A stretch of DNA of 57,357 nucleotides, filler included, from Platydemus manokwari (GCA_037951405.1; 5 parts of 5 records of this genome joined end to end with filler, not necessarily neighbours in it), one strand, 5' to 3'. Positions 37,600-51,460 are shown, counted from the first letter of the whole stretch. The notes: generated by a model from the letters alone, not told the origin. Translations and numbers: made by a program.

Positions 37600-38737
37600 C
37601 AGATATTGTAGAATTTTTGATAAATCTCAACCGATTTGTGCGTTTATATTGTTTCTGTGCTTATTTGTTTTTTCCATACTGTGTTGGGTGTTTCCTTATT
37701 GGCTTATTGTTTTCCTTGTCCAATGATCGGTTATTTTTCAAGATTTATTCAGATTTTTTCATGGTTGATATGGCATCATGGAGGTTTCAATAACTATGTG
37801 TTCAATATCNNNNNNNNNNNNNNNNNNNNNNNNNNNNNNNNNNNNNNNNNNNNNNNNNNNNNNNNNNNNNNNNNNNNNNNNNNNNNNNNNNNNNNNNNNN
37901 NNNNNNNNNNNNNNNNNNNNNNNNNNNNNNNNNNNNNNNNNNNNNNNNNNNNNNNNNNNNNNNNNNNNNNNNNNNNNNNNNNNNNNNNAATATATCGCTA
38001 GTAATTCCTTTTGGTCTTTCAAATTTATCTATTGCTTCAATCCTACTTGAATCTGTCTTAATACCATCTTCATTTATGATATGACCCAGGAACCTAAATT
38101 CTTTTCTCATTATTCTACATTTTTCTGGATTAATGCGCAGCCCTGACTTTCCTATTCTTTTAATTACTTCCTACAGTATTTCGTAGTGTTCTTCTATCGA
38201 TTTTGAGAATACTAACATGTCATCTAAATAAACCATGGCTCTTTTTTCTCTCATATCCCACATTATTTTTGTCATCAATTCTTGAAATGTTCCTGGTGCT
38301 GCTGCAATCCCAAACGGTATCCATGTAAAACAAAATTGCCCCTCTTTCGTCGAGAATGCTGTTTTTTCTTGTGATTCTTTGTCAAGCTCTACTTGATAAT
38401 ATGCATTTCCCAAGTCTACCGATGTGAAGTACTTGGAACCGTGTAGAGTGTCTATTAGTTCTTTTATATTTGGCATTTGAAACGCTTGTCTCTCCGTTAT
38501 TAAGTTTAGTTGTCAAAAATCAAGGAATAGTCTTATATTCTTCCTATCTTTTTTCCATATACATACAAGTGGCGTATTTCACGGTGAATTGCATTTTCTT
38601 ATATTGGTTTTTTCTCTTAAATTCTTGATTGCCTCTTCTATCTTTCCTTCTAAATTTACTGGTTGTCTCCGAGGTTTGATATTTATGGGACTCTCATTTG
38701 TCACAATCTTATGCTTTACTAAATTTGTACAACCTGT
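37600..38737 (-). mobile_element. Ty3/Gypsy LTR retrotransposon pol relic (RT), interrupted by a gap
   Basis: GCTNLVKHKI, SP*NTPLV, IRLFLDF*QLN, DLGNAYYQV, KTAFST, PFGIAAAPGTFQ, VYLDDML, NPEKC and FLGHII. The left boundary beyond the gap is tentative. Confidence 0.92.
37810..37988. other. Ordinary scaffold gap (no linker)
   Basis: Run of N only. Confidence 0.95.
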
Positions 38738-39004
38738 TGAATGAACACAAAATCTTGAAATATAAAAACGATTTCGTACCTTGAAACCCTTGTTTTAGCA
38801 ATTTAAACATTGGCACACCTACATAATCATACTAGCTTGACAACCAATGAATCACAAATGACTTAAACAGAAAAATCATAATTTTCCAAGAGCGTGTATT
38901 GATTCTAATTTAAATGATTCTAATTAAAAATATCTTTATACCATGTTATTTTCATAATTGAAGTAATTATGATTTTCATCTATCTTTCAATGAAATAATG
39001 AAAA

Positions 39005-39370
39005 TTGTTCCACAAAATACTGATGATGACAAAAGTATTTCAAATACATATAATGAATATATTTCATTTCAATATGGAAATATTAGATCATTTAGACTCA
39101 TTACAACTTGTAGTACCAGCAACCTCTGTTGAAACAATGGGAGAAATAATAAATAAAGTTTCAAAAAATGAATGTAATTTGGAATCTAAAAAACAAATAT
39201 TTCCTCGTGATTAAATTAAAGGAAAATTTTTTAAAGAAATAGATAAAATATTAAATCCTAAATAAATGAAGGGAGAATTTCCAAGTATATCTAGATTTTA
39301 TTCTAGATTAAAAGGAATAACTAGAAAGAATATAGAATATTTTGAAGATATATGTTTAGTATATAATCAG
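39005..39370 (+). pseudogene. Second, divergent Polinton-type pPolB fragment (exonuclease region)
   Basis: LDSLQL...KKQIFPRD*IKGKFFKEIDKIL...FPSISRFYSRL parallels FPYDYICGNNFREVNALL...ISISDFFSRI of the first pPolB. Confidence 0.6.
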
Positions 39371-39686
39371 ATTAATCCCTTTCATAGCCATTCAGCCAGA
39401 AGATTAAGGTTATATGCTGGTTTAATATTTTTTCAAATGAAATTCATTAATATTTTTAATATTTAAACAATATGAACGTCCTTGATAAATTTTTTATTTA
39501 TTTAATTTAACTTGTTTTATGCGTACTTATTTTTGCTTATTGATAAGAATTATGAAATATTAGCATTTAATGAGCTTAATATTACATCAAGAAAAAGTCA
39601 CATAATAATTATTCTGGAATTTTAATGACTTCCCTCTTATATGATTAATTCTTATGATTAACTTTTTATAATTAATATTAAGATAT

Positions 39687-39687
<1 letters not shown>

Positions 39688-39720
<33 letters not shown>
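39688..39720 (+). repeat. (TAA)11 microsatellite
   Basis: Directly visible. Confidence 0.95.
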
Positions 39721-39722
<2 letters not shown>

Positions 39723-40148
39723 TATTTGATAAAAAAATATTTAATAAATAACGTAGAAGTAAAATTAAAAAATCAATGATGAACATTTTGAAACAAATCA
39801 AACTCAGTTTAAAATTACCATCTATTCCATTTTATGTTCACAGAGATAATCAACACCTATTCATTTGTAACTCAAAGAGCTATTACTAAAAATAATCACA
39901 TATTTGATGAAAATATAAAATATCATGTTTTGTCTCATTTCAATTTAAATGAAATTTGACCAATCATAGTTAATTACCCGTAATAAGAATATCAGTATAA
40001 TTAAACATTAATTGTAAAACTTAAAGGAATAATATTTTTCATTTGATTTTAATTTGTCAGTAATTGAAGAAAACGTCATGAATTTCTTTATCTATAACTA
40101 GTTATGAAACAGCATGCCATTTCCCATTTTAATTTATCTCCATTCGCA

Positions 40149-41084
40149 ATGTATTATTTGCTGTTAAATATCGAAATGTTTCTTATTAATTTATTCTATC
40201 TGGCATCTCATCTCAATACTGCTAATGGTAACATATTTTACTTTTATATTTACCAATAAACATTTCTTAGTTACACTGCTTTCGTGAAATAGACCGACAT
40301 CTGCTGCCAATATTTTCAATGACAACTAAAACTATTCACATATTGAAGATGTTGACGGAATTTACGGCAAAGGTGAATTCATTTAATGATCGATGGTTTT
40401 ACTCACGTTTTTAGACTCGTGTTATCAAAACTATAATGTGAATAATGCTAAATATTGAAGTGTGATTCTCAATCATGTTTCACTTATTAATACGATTAGA
40501 ATTTATATTAGACTTGATAAGATAAGCTGGCCTTGTTGTGTTTTTATATAAATCTCTCATATCATTAAATTTCAGAGTATATTCCCAGGAAGTTGTGGAT
40601 TATAGGCAGTTTTGATGGTATTTCAAATAAATGTGCAAAGTGGTTCGGACAAAGATTCTATAATTCGGTAAAGAGGGCCACCAAGACTGATATTTCATTC
40701 GATAAATTTGTATGGATTATTTTCTGAATTTCCCATAAATAATTTTCCGTACGTTGCAAGATCTGTAGTTATTTCAAAACGTTTTGATCTAGAAGCAATG
40801 AAGTGGAAGTATTTGGTTATGAATTTGTTAAATCGAATCCAATGATTTGTATATTGATTAATATAAATGTGATTATTGATCACTGGTTTGGACCGAATAA
40901 ATTTTATGGAACTCCATCCCATTTAGTGAAAGTTAAAGTTCGATCAATTATTGAATGTGGAATATTATGTATGAATGTATTAAGATGCGTTTCTTTTTCT
41001 GTAAAATTGGTAAATAATGTGCTCTTTATGATCACACAGCAGGAGATTACATCAGTTATGATGTCATTTAACGAAAATTGTTAA
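40149..41084 (+). pseudogene. Secreted F-type lectin (fucolectin-like) plus PAN/apple domain gene, disrupted
   Basis: Signal exon MYYLLLNIEMFLINLFYLASHLNTAN with a GT donor; EDVDG, DSCYQ..KY*SVIL..INTIRIYIR, YVARSVVI..EVEVFG (FTLD pattern); RSIIECGILCMNVLRCVSFS (PAN pattern). Contains stops and frameshifts. Confidence 0.55.
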
Positions 41085-41378
41085 ATAAGACTTCTCAAGA
41101 GTTGTTGTTGATAGTTCGCCTTTCACATTGATTTAATTTTGCATCATTAATTTACGTTGAGATCGATAATTTTTATTTCTCATTCATATTTCACTTGATT
41201 ATTTTATCATTTGCATGCTATCATATCACCATATTTTTGGTTTATTTTATTTTATTTATAATACATTTTGCTGTTATAATATAATATAGTGTGCCTCTTG
41301 ATTATACTTAAAATGTATTGATGCACTTAAAACTGTTTTGTAAATTATTTCTTTGTCGATTATCTATAAAATCTTAAA

Positions 41379-42860
41379 ATGAAAACGATTTTGCTTATTG
41401 GAACCATCCTGTGACATTTTGAAATCGTGGTGTTTTGATGCAGTTTGTTATATCGATTGAATGATAAAAAAATTTTGACTTTGATGCAATTATTAAATAA
41501 AGACGGAAAATCTAATCGATAGGCTTCCTTTATAGACAATTTGACTGCCAACTGCTTCTGTTTTGGATTAGATAAAGATAAAAATAATTTCATTATTCGA
41601 AATAACTTATTCCGTATCGGGATTTTGGCTGGAGAATTAATCCTGAAGTCAACGTTTTGTGGGAAGAACAAAGCAATTTCATCATTATAAATAAACTCAG
41701 TGGTCTTGAAATTATGCCGGCTCTGTCACTATTTTGTATAGGCAACCCTTTAGGAATCTTATGATTGTGCACTTGATTACAGTCACGATGTTTATCTGTT
41801 TACATGGAACTTTTCGACTCTTGAAAGAGCTCTTGATGGAATTATTGGCCAAAGACCACTCGATGGCCCAAGGTCAGGAAGGTTATTCGGTAATTTTGTA
41901 GATTTGGTCTTGAATTCATTTTCCTACATAACATATCAAGGCAAACTTACTTATCGTCTTTTATTGTCACCAAAAAGTCATAAAATTCTCAAAGGCTATC
42001 TTCTTCATTCTGAACTTTGAGAATTTATATATAAGAGCAAAGAATAATCTTCTGGAAATCAATTTCTTATTCATTTACACTGAATCCACAACTTACTTCT
42101 GATAGTTAAAACGCTGTATTGGATACTTTACGTTCGTTTCTTCATTCTTTTTGGGCTTGATCTTGACCTCAACTTACAACTCTGTTTTAGATAGGACATT
42201 ATTGTCAGAGAAAACGTACTTCAATCTCAAATTTGATAAATCCTTACGACTTCGGCGAAAACAAACAGACTAATCGTTCCAATAACCGAGATAAGTATAC
42301 ACAACTTAAAATCGATATCTACCAACGGAATCGAGAAGTCTCATATCTAGATGTGGTCCACATTGGTATCTTTGGTTCTTAGAATCTTGAAAATGATAAT
42401 GCTTAAATCATTTGAGTTTTGATAAAAAGACTATAAATAAATTATCAACTTTATTAATCGCTAAAGTGATCAAGTGTGTCTTTAATGTATACTTGATAAA
42501 AATACAAAACAAACTCATCATAAACTCTTTACATCTTCCAGCGAAACCACGGATATTATATAAACTAACCCACAATAATCATATTATCTACTGAGCCCAT
42601 CTTGCAATCCTGACCACCACTCTAACCTTCATTAACATTTATGAGCCTTCTATCCAAATACAACTTTTCAAAGATATTTATAAATTCAATGCTGCATTTC
42701 CTAGATTACTCAGTTTATCCAACCTCGACGAGCATATTGTTGGAGTAGATCTGATATTCCCATGTATACAATTATAAAACGCGTAAAGGTAAACTACGTA
42801 ATTCTTATAATCCAATCGTTCCAATAAACATTGTTCTCATAACTTCCCGATTTGACGATA
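41379..42860 (+). pseudogene. Possible degenerate protocadherin ectodomain relic
   Basis: Signal-like MKTILLIGTIL, then IKTENLIDR, LLAKDHS, IIVRENV, PYDFGEN, LENDNA and LFKDIYKF in shifting frames. Confidence 0.35.
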
Positions 42861-43291
42861 ATATGAATATTTGATGACTTTTCCATTGTGTTTATAACCA
42901 TTAATCTAATTGTCATTGGATGAATTGAATATGTGTTAAATATCACTTTCTTTCTTTTTCGCATCTCAAAGTTTTACAAAATATGCTCTCAGATCAATCT
43001 TATACAGAGTTGACCAAAATAGGATATTTTTTCAATATACTTAATGTTGCCTATTTATAATGTTTTCAACTCAACAAATACTGGCATATAGCTTGAAGAC
43101 ATTTTTGTAGAGTGATGTCCATGAACTCGTTTATAATGTTCGCGGTTTAGATTAATTGATCTAATAGATTAATTAATTATCTTAAAAATCTATAAGTTTA
43201 TAGATTTTTGAATTACATTTTTGAATTGCAGCTAATATGATGTGCAGCTTATACAACTAAAAAACAATTCAAATCGAAGATAAGATTATTT

Positions 43292-43391
43292 NNNNNNNNN
43301 NNNNNNNNNNNNNNNNNNNNNNNNNNNNNNNNNNNTTAATTAATTAANNNNNNNNNNNNNNNNNNNNNNNNNNNNNNNNNNNNNNNNNNNN
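43292..43391. other. Artificial contig-joining spacer
   Basis: 44N-TTAATTAATTAA-44N. Confidence 0.97.
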
Positions 43392-43621
43392 TCAGCGTTA
43401 TAACAATTTGTGTTAATAAAATACCTGCATAAAAACATGAATAACTTTTGACTCAACCTGGTATTTATTTACATGTGATGTTTTTATTTTTCTCCTCCGG
43501 GTAAAGAAACTTTTGCAGGAGGTATTCGACAAGAAAAAACACACTTCAAGAAATTTCAAGACTATTTATTTTGCAAGGTCTAAATAGCAAGAAAATGAAA
43601 GTCTTTCACTCTTGACCCTAC

Positions 43622-46425
43622 AATGTCCGATGATAGAAGAAGAGAGTTGGTAGTCGATTTGGAGAAGCTAAGACCGACGAAGCCGATAAAAGTCATTAAG
43701 AAGACATATGCCCAGTCAGTATATGAAAGTAATCCGAAAAAACCTTTGCAGAAGGAGACATCTTACAAATCGTGAAACCCAGTCGTGCAGGAAAGAGATT
43801 TTGGTGTAAAGGAATATCATCGGACACCAGTTAATCTCTCCAAACAATACGAGACCAACAAGATCAATGGAGGCATCTAAATTCTACAACGATTGTACAG
43901 GAAAACCCATACTATGGAGTGATTATTTAAAACCAGGAGCTTGCTTTTGCTGTAGTGAACTTGGACAACGGAAGTTTGAATGTCTATTGCGGAATAAATG
44001 CTTAATATGCGGTATAGAAGAACATTCATTTAGAGAGTGTCATTTAGCCAGAAAGTCTAGTTACAATAGTTTGAGGAAAATACTGTGCATCAATGAAGAG
44101 GAAGATGAAGCCGATATTCTAACGGAAAGTGAAGCAGATGATTGTGTTAGCTCACTCTCCATGAAAGACAAAACGAAAGAATTAAACGAACAGACTGAAA
44201 AGTTTTTTCTGATACCTGATATCCAAACGTTATTGATTCAGTGTATGGCGTAACAGTCTTTTCAACGATAGATTTAGGCCAGGCCTATTATCAGGTCGAA
44301 TTTTCGGAAGATTCTGAGTCGAAAACGGCCTTCAGCATTAGAACTGGGTAGTTCTGTTTTAACAAATTATCATTTGAACTATGTACCGTATCAGCAATGT
44401 TTCAGAGTTTAATGAATGTAATATTCAAGGGTTTGATCTATAAAGGCGTTCTTGTTTATTTGGACGATATTTTAGTGTATGGAAGAACAGTTGAGAAACA
44501 AAATGAGAAACCGGACAAGGTATTCAGGTTGATCAAATCGACAGGTTTGAAAATCAATCCCGAAAAATGTGCATTTGGAACTAGAAAATTGAATTTCCTG
44601 AGTCATACTGTTAGTTTGCAATAGAACCAGATAACATAACCCAGTTAAGGTCATTTCTAAGAATATTCAATTATTACAGACGACTTATTAAAGATTAAAC
44701 ATAGGTTACAGCTCCGTTATACGCGATGATGACGGGAAATGATAAGAAATTGAAGTGGACAACAGAGTGTGAAGAAAGAAATATTTATGCATGGCTCCAA
44801 TATTGGCCTTTCCGGATCCAAACAAATAGATGATTTTATATACCGACGCTACTTTCGGAGTGATTGGCTGTGTTCAAAGCCAATTGGATAATTCTCTAAA
44901 AAAGACAGTAGTAGTATATGGTCCTAGAACTCTTAACAGTCATGAAAAAGGTTATTTCGTCACGAGGAAGAAGCTTTTAGCAATTTACAAGTTCATTATG
45001 CATTTTAAACATTTTCTACTGGGAAAGAAATTTGTGACTCGCCCCGATCACAAAGCCTTGACATACATGAAGAAAACTAACAAACCGATAAGCCCTCAGT
45101 TTTAAACATGGTTTGCAAACTTATTCATATTTGATTTCCATCTTCAATATAGGAAGGGATCAGATCATGGAAATGCGGATGGACTCTCAAGGATAGGCGA
45201 AGTAATTTGTTTACAGTGCTTAAATCAGCACCGAGGAGTAGAGGAAGGTAAACCAAAAAGTCGGTTTATTAATGTTGTCGAGCATTCCATTGCAAATTAT
45301 GACGAGCTGAGAAAGATTGAACAAGTAGATAGTGTCGTTAGTTCTATTCGTAAATGCATACAGAAAACTCAAACAGGAATCAATTAAGCGGTGTAGAAAA
45401 TCAAATATTTTAATAATTTAGAGAGATACGAATTGTTTGAAGGTATGGTGACTTATAACGAGAATGGAAAGAAGCGAATTGTGGTTCCAGACGTTTATTC
45501 GCAAATTTAACGAGATACCTTTATGCGGAGTTGTACCATATTGGTAATAAGAAATTAAAATACATTAAAAAATTTACTTCTGGCCAAATATGTCACGAAG
45601 CATTGTACAAGAGGTACGGAATTGTGATATTTGTGCTAAACGAAAGGTATACAATGGACGTATTAAAGAAGTTAAGAATTTGGTCCTTTAAAACAGATCG
45701 TTGTTGGTTATTGTAGATAGATTCATTGAGCTAGTAAGCTTGGTGCCACTTATTCGACGAGTCAAAATCAGTATTTCCAAGTCCATCATCGATAATTGGA
45801 TCTATAGGTATGGTGCTCCAAAATGAATGCTTACTGATCGGGATATAGCCTTTGAGGGAAGGGGAATTAAGGAATTAGTGATACGCTTTGTAATAAAACA
45901 AGAATATACCTCCGTATACCAACATCAGGTAAATGGCTTGGCCAAAAGGATGATTTGGACGGTCCGAGACATGGTGGTAACAACTTTGGCATCAGACTGA
46001 CTTGGGATAAATTAATACCTCGGATAGAATTAACCATTAATGCAACATATCAAACCCCAATTCGACATTCTCCTTTTGAAATTTTATTTGGATAACGAAT
46101 TAATATGGATGGGTTACGATTAAATGAACCGAGTCACCACAACCAGATCATCAAAGAAACGGAGAACCAACTAAAATCTGTGACTACAAATTTAAGGAAA
46201 TTTGACGCTGAAAAAAGAGGTTGCCGAATTTTCGCGGTTGGAGAAGAAGTTTTAGTGAAGAAAGAACCACACCAGAAAAAGAAGAACGGATACCACTATG
46301 AAGGTCCTCACAGAATTTGGAAATTTTTAAGCCCAATCAAGTGCTTCTTGATTTCCAGGGACAGACAAAACCTCGAAGAATTGAGTGGCTGAAAAATATC
46401 TCAAAAACAACGGGAAAAGGAAGTT
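43622..46425 (+). mobile_element. Ty3/Gypsy LTR retrotransposon relic (gag knuckles, RT, RNase H, integrase), internally deleted
   Basis: CFCCSELGQRKFEC and CLICGIEEHSFREC knuckles; DLGQAYYQV, VYLDDIL, NPEKC; ILYTDAT...KLLAI...PDHKAL; HGNADGLSR; YQHQVNGLAKR, SPFEILFG, YEGPHRI (GPY/F). PPT-like gggaaaaggaag near 46412. Confidence 0.93.
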
Positions 46426-46569
46426 CGATAATATTGGAAATTCGATTATTTTAAATATTCTGAACAACTGATTTTTCAAATTTGAATAAATTTTTATGAT
46501 CGAATTAAAGGACGCTTTCACTCAGTTAATATCTCGCTTTTTAAATGTCTATTTGTAGAATATAGACAA

Positions 46570-46925
46570 AACCGAGTTCTTATTCTAATCAAGGCACTTC
46601 TATATGATTATTTGAGTTTTTAAATTTAAATTTTTATAATTATAAACCGAGTTAGCTATGTTTGATTATATCATTGCTTATTTTTATAAAATAATTGTAA
46701 AAATTGAGAATATCTCTCAATTTGCTTCTAATGTTGAAAAAAGGAGTCATGGATAATTTTCAATAAATTGCACTTCGACCTAATTTGATCCCTTTTCCAA
46801 ATAATCAAATTTTATTATATTTGAAGCTCCAGTTCACTTAATATTTGCTTTTATACAACTTAAATTCTTCTTAAGTACTTAAATAAAAAATCCAAAATGA
46901 TTTTAAAGAATATAATTAAATAAAC
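46570..46925 (-). repeat. Dispersed non-coding repeat, copy 2
   Basis: Reverse complement aligns with 9207-9530, with an indel of roughly 20 nt. Confidence 0.85.
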
Positions 46926-47059
46926 TATATAGAATTTTGCAATACACTCAACAAATTAAAATTTTTATTTTAGAACCCCTTTTCTTAACTTAAGCCCTTA
47001 AGGACCATAAATCTTTTACAATCTCAATTATTTACTTATCATGATTTATCCTTCACTAC

Positions 47060-47870
47060 AAAAGTACATTTTTAATCATAAAATTTCGTTCTAAATATAT
47101 TATTTCATTTATTGCTGATACGAAATTCATAAATGCTGAGCTTTGACATAATCGAATAAAAATTATATAAAAAATCAATCCATAATTTTCGGTCTCCATA
47201 TATGATAATTTAATGTGATTATAAAATGGAGTTAAAACCAATATTTACAATAAATGTGCCAGTATTAATGAAATCTAATTATACCAATTCAGGTAAAACA
47301 AATATTATCAATTCACATTACCACGGAAATAAAATTTTTATTACAAATATTATCTAATAAAAAATATTCATAATAATATATTGACAATATAGGTAACTGT
47401 AGCTAATAATATTAAACTCTTCTACATGTCTTCTCCTGACATTAAAATATTTGTTGTACCATATAATTCTAATGTTCCAATGACAAAATCCTTTAAAGCT
47501 TTTAATGTAAATGACAAATAAATTCTTTATTGAACATTTGGATACGGTAAAGATATTGGATGTGCAAAGATCTTTGACTTCTTCATAATAACAAATTTTT
47601 GTTTATCAAAACAGCCTGAAATAACATGACAACCATTGGGATCATGCAAAATAAAGGCTTAAAAATTATAATCAAGAGAGATGGTCACTGACTACTATCA
47701 GTAATTTATCAAAACTATGTAAACAAGAATGTTCGTGGAAAAGTTTTCCGTAACGGTCTCATGTAATTTGATGATACTGCCTCTAAAGTCTACTAGAGTT
47801 GAGATATGGATAAACAAATTTCACCAATATCTGGATCTTAGCCGCATCAAATTGCAGATTGCAAGTATTA
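47060..47870 (-). pseudogene. Possible degenerate cadherin-repeat relic
   Basis: Largely one frame: VTENFSTNILV, FILHDPNG..ISGCFDKQ, FVIGTLEL, LATVTYIVNIL, FVLPE; many stops. Confidence 0.3.
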
Positions 47871-48263
47871 ATCAGATAAACTTTAAAATTAATTTTTACA
47901 AAATTTATTTATAATATAATATAATAATATTTGTGAGGATTAAAATTTAAATTAAATAATTTTAAAATTATTAAATGATTGTAAAATAATTTAATTTAAA
48001 AAAAATTAAATTTAATAATTTATAAAAAATATTTTTAATTTATTATATTAAAAATATTTATGTATCTTGTTCAGACATTTATTGTAACCTCTCAAAATTT
48101 AAAAACATTTAAATGTGTTAAAATAATTTTATATCAATTATTAAAGAAGGAATATTTGTTTAAATAATCTGTAATATGAAATATATTTTTACACATTGAG
48201 AATTATGAGATTTGACTTTAACCTTAAAAGCGAAGAGGTGTTAGCAGCTAACAGGATGCATCA

Positions 48264-48317
48264 TAGAAATTGGCATACAATAAATAACTGTAGAAATTGG
48301 CATACAATAATTAGCTG
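48264..48317 (+). repeat. 27-bp tandem duplication
   Basis: tagaaattggcatacaataa(a/t)ta(a/g)ctg occurs twice. Confidence 0.85.
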
Positions 48318-49019
48318 CGGAATTGAGCTGGTGACGTTCGTCCAAGTTTAAAATAAATAGCTTCTTGTGAAAAGTAGTCAAATATCGTAAATGTGAATAA
48401 TGGAAATTGTGCAACAATTGTGGGTTGATCGCTGCTTATATACTTGTCTGACTGCTTTGTGTACAACGTCAGCTATTTTCTCTACAGCGGTTATTATTAC
48501 TAGCAACACTTACACGTCAGTGCCAAAAATAGTAACAGCCCACAAATTTAGTCGATACAGAACCTAAATTGGGGTAGTTTATTTCTATGACTGACGTAAT
48601 TGCTAAACATAGATTTGCTGATTGTTTTTCAAATGACCTTAGCTATTTGGAGCAGTCAAACAAATATAATTTTTTATTTATTTAAACATATTTTTGTTAA
48701 ATAGTTTTTTATGATAAATTTATAATTTCTGCTCTTATTGTTTTCTTAAATTGAGACTTAATTTGAAAATTTTTTTTATATTTATTTTAGGTTAATTTTG
48801 TTGGATCAAAATGGTCCGGTTAGTTCTCCACAATTAATACTTTTAAACTAGTTATTTTAAAAAGTAATTAACACAGTATTTTAGTTAATATTTATTCCTC
48901 ATTTATAACTTGTAATTAATTTTGATATTATTTTTTACTTATTTTAACTAGGAATTCTTGTTCAAATATGATTATAAAATAAAATTTTTATTATCAATCT
49001 ATTAAAATTTACAAAGTGA

Positions 49020-51460
49020 TTATGTAATCACGCAATAAAGTATACAACAGTTCGATTTTTTATAAGTAGTCCTGTTTCTCCGCAGTCCCCAACAATTTTC
49101 CCACATCCAGATTTTGTTTTACAAATTTTCTTCATTGAATTTGTATATGATTCATTAGTTGTCTATAAATTTTCATATTCATAAATTACTATTTTATTAA
49201 GCTCTCTTTTTATTTTTGGCTTTAAATTTAGAGTAGAATTTAATGTTTCCTGTGGAGATTTGTTAGTTGTGAGGGTAGGATATATTGTAAGATAATTCCA
49301 CCAATATCTGACTCGTCAGTGTCGAAGCATAGGTTTGTTGTATAAATTCGAGTTTAGGCTATATAGATGTAAATACCAAATTAAATTAAATTAAATATAC
49401 CCGATAATTGTAATTATACAAAGTGTTTTTAAGTTTCACTGAATTTGTTTCTTAACGCTATAGTGCCTTGAAGGTGATTGAGCAACCAGTGTTGGGAACT
49501 ATTGTCACTCATCTATGTCGAAAAAAGGTTTGTAGAAATATAAAGTTGAAAGGAAGCAAGCAAAATAGTAAAATAATAAACAATCCTTGCTTTAACTTGA
49601 AGTCTGGTGACATTACAAATTCTAGAATTTGAGCATTATAGATACTGATTTTCTGCACGGCATTACAGTCGCAATTAATTCATTGTTGTGTTGAAATGGT
49701 CATTTAATCTACAATAATTATCAAATTGTTATTGAAAAAAATAATTTTCGCTTGAGTTGTTATTTACAGGTTACACCTTACTGGCCTCCCAAGACATTCA
49801 ATAGCACATATGTAGGTAAAATTTTAAAATGTATCGTTTAATTGGATCATTAGGTTTTACAGTTATCACAACATCTATTGACTAATTATTACAAAATTGT
49901 ACTCTAAATGTGAGTATCCTCTTATTGTTATTCTAATTTGTTTTATTCATATCTGTATTGAGAAGACAATTATGATATTGTTGGGTTTTTGCTGTTTAAA
50001 TGTTGTTATTAAACTCAACAGTGTGAGTTCTCAATGAATGTATTATTTTGTGTAGTACAATCACTGGTATTTATTTTTCGTAATAAAGCATAAAAATCAT
50101 TTAATTTATCAAAGTTTATTAAATTAAACTTATTTACAATCAAATAGGTGTGCAAATCATCTCATATAAAGATTTTTATAAACAATTTTTCCAGTGATCT
50201 TGACGAGATCATAAAAACTTGATCATGCCTTGATCAGTTTAAAAGTTGTAGATATTTCGCACAAATAAAGAAAATTTTTGGTAAATTATTTATCTCTAAA
50301 ATTATTTATTTTGTCAGATTTTTATAACAGCAATCATATCGATCAAATGACTTCAAAATTTCAAATATTTTCGATACTGCTTTAATGTCATTTTCATCGA
50401 CTTTTTTAATACTAGTTGACTCTGGGTACATTATACCTGATAAATAATATCTAAATTTTATTAATATTATAGCGTTATTTTATTGTATTTTTACGTTAAA
50501 AAAATAGACACAAATATTCAAACTTAAACAATAAGTCAACTATTCCTAAATTATTAAATATTAATATTCAAAGACAGATAGAGTCCTATACCAAATGATA
50601 ATCTTTAACAATACGAAGTCAATAATGAAAGTTTGGATTGGCATCTTTTCATCCTCTGCATCACTGTCCGAATGTAATTCCAATCTATGAATTGTTAATT
50701 CTTCTGATTCTCCGGAATTTTTGTTTCTTGATTATTGAGTAAATTTTTGTGAAACAATTAAAAAAAACCCAACAACAAATGCAAGTACAACAAAAATGAG
50801 AGTTATGCTCACTTCACTACAAAAGTTTAGCGAAATATCTGAGAACAGATGACGTGTGGAGATAAGAAAGTAATTATTGATAAAAGTGCAAAATGATAAA
50901 TTAAATGACTGCAATATGATTATTTGATGATATTGTTGAGCACCAAAATTATAAAAATCCCAAAAATAATTGAGAACAGGAAATAGACAAAATAATGCTG
51001 TATTCCAGAAACTGAAAATGAAACTCCAAATAATTAACATTTATTTATTTTCTTCTTCAATCTTTTCTGTAGTCGCTATTATATTTTATATTGGCTTTAG
51101 ATTTTCTAGCAATTTGTCCTTATATTTCTCTGTTGCTTTCTCTTCATTTTTTGATTTATCAATCATTATTATATTAGAATTATTATTTTTGATTACATAT
51201 AAATTGTGTTTGTTACGTTCACTAAGACATATGGTTTCATAAATGGTGGTGTAATTCTGGTGTCAATAAATTTTGGGTTTCTGGTGGATATATCGTAATT
51301 GTCTTCTACTTGAAAATCATGACTTTTGGGTTTTTGATCATAATGGTCTTTGTACTGTCCTTGTATGTATTTGCTATTTAGTCGAGTTTTTTGATAGACT
51401 TTGCTTAAAATTTCCTTTCTTTTTGTAATGTATTTGGATCTTTTCTTTCATTATGGTATT
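49020..51460 (-). pseudogene. Disrupted multi-exon, multi-pass membrane protein gene (weak Frizzled/Smoothened TM1-2 resemblance)
   Basis: LIIWSFIFSFWNTALFCLFPVLNYFWDFYNF..QIIILQSF and ITLIFVVLAFVVGFFLI; downstream AG/GT-bounded segments contain stops. Confidence 0.25.

Noticed and set aside
37636-38050. ORFs containing long X runs
   Set aside because: Artefacts of translating through the N gap.
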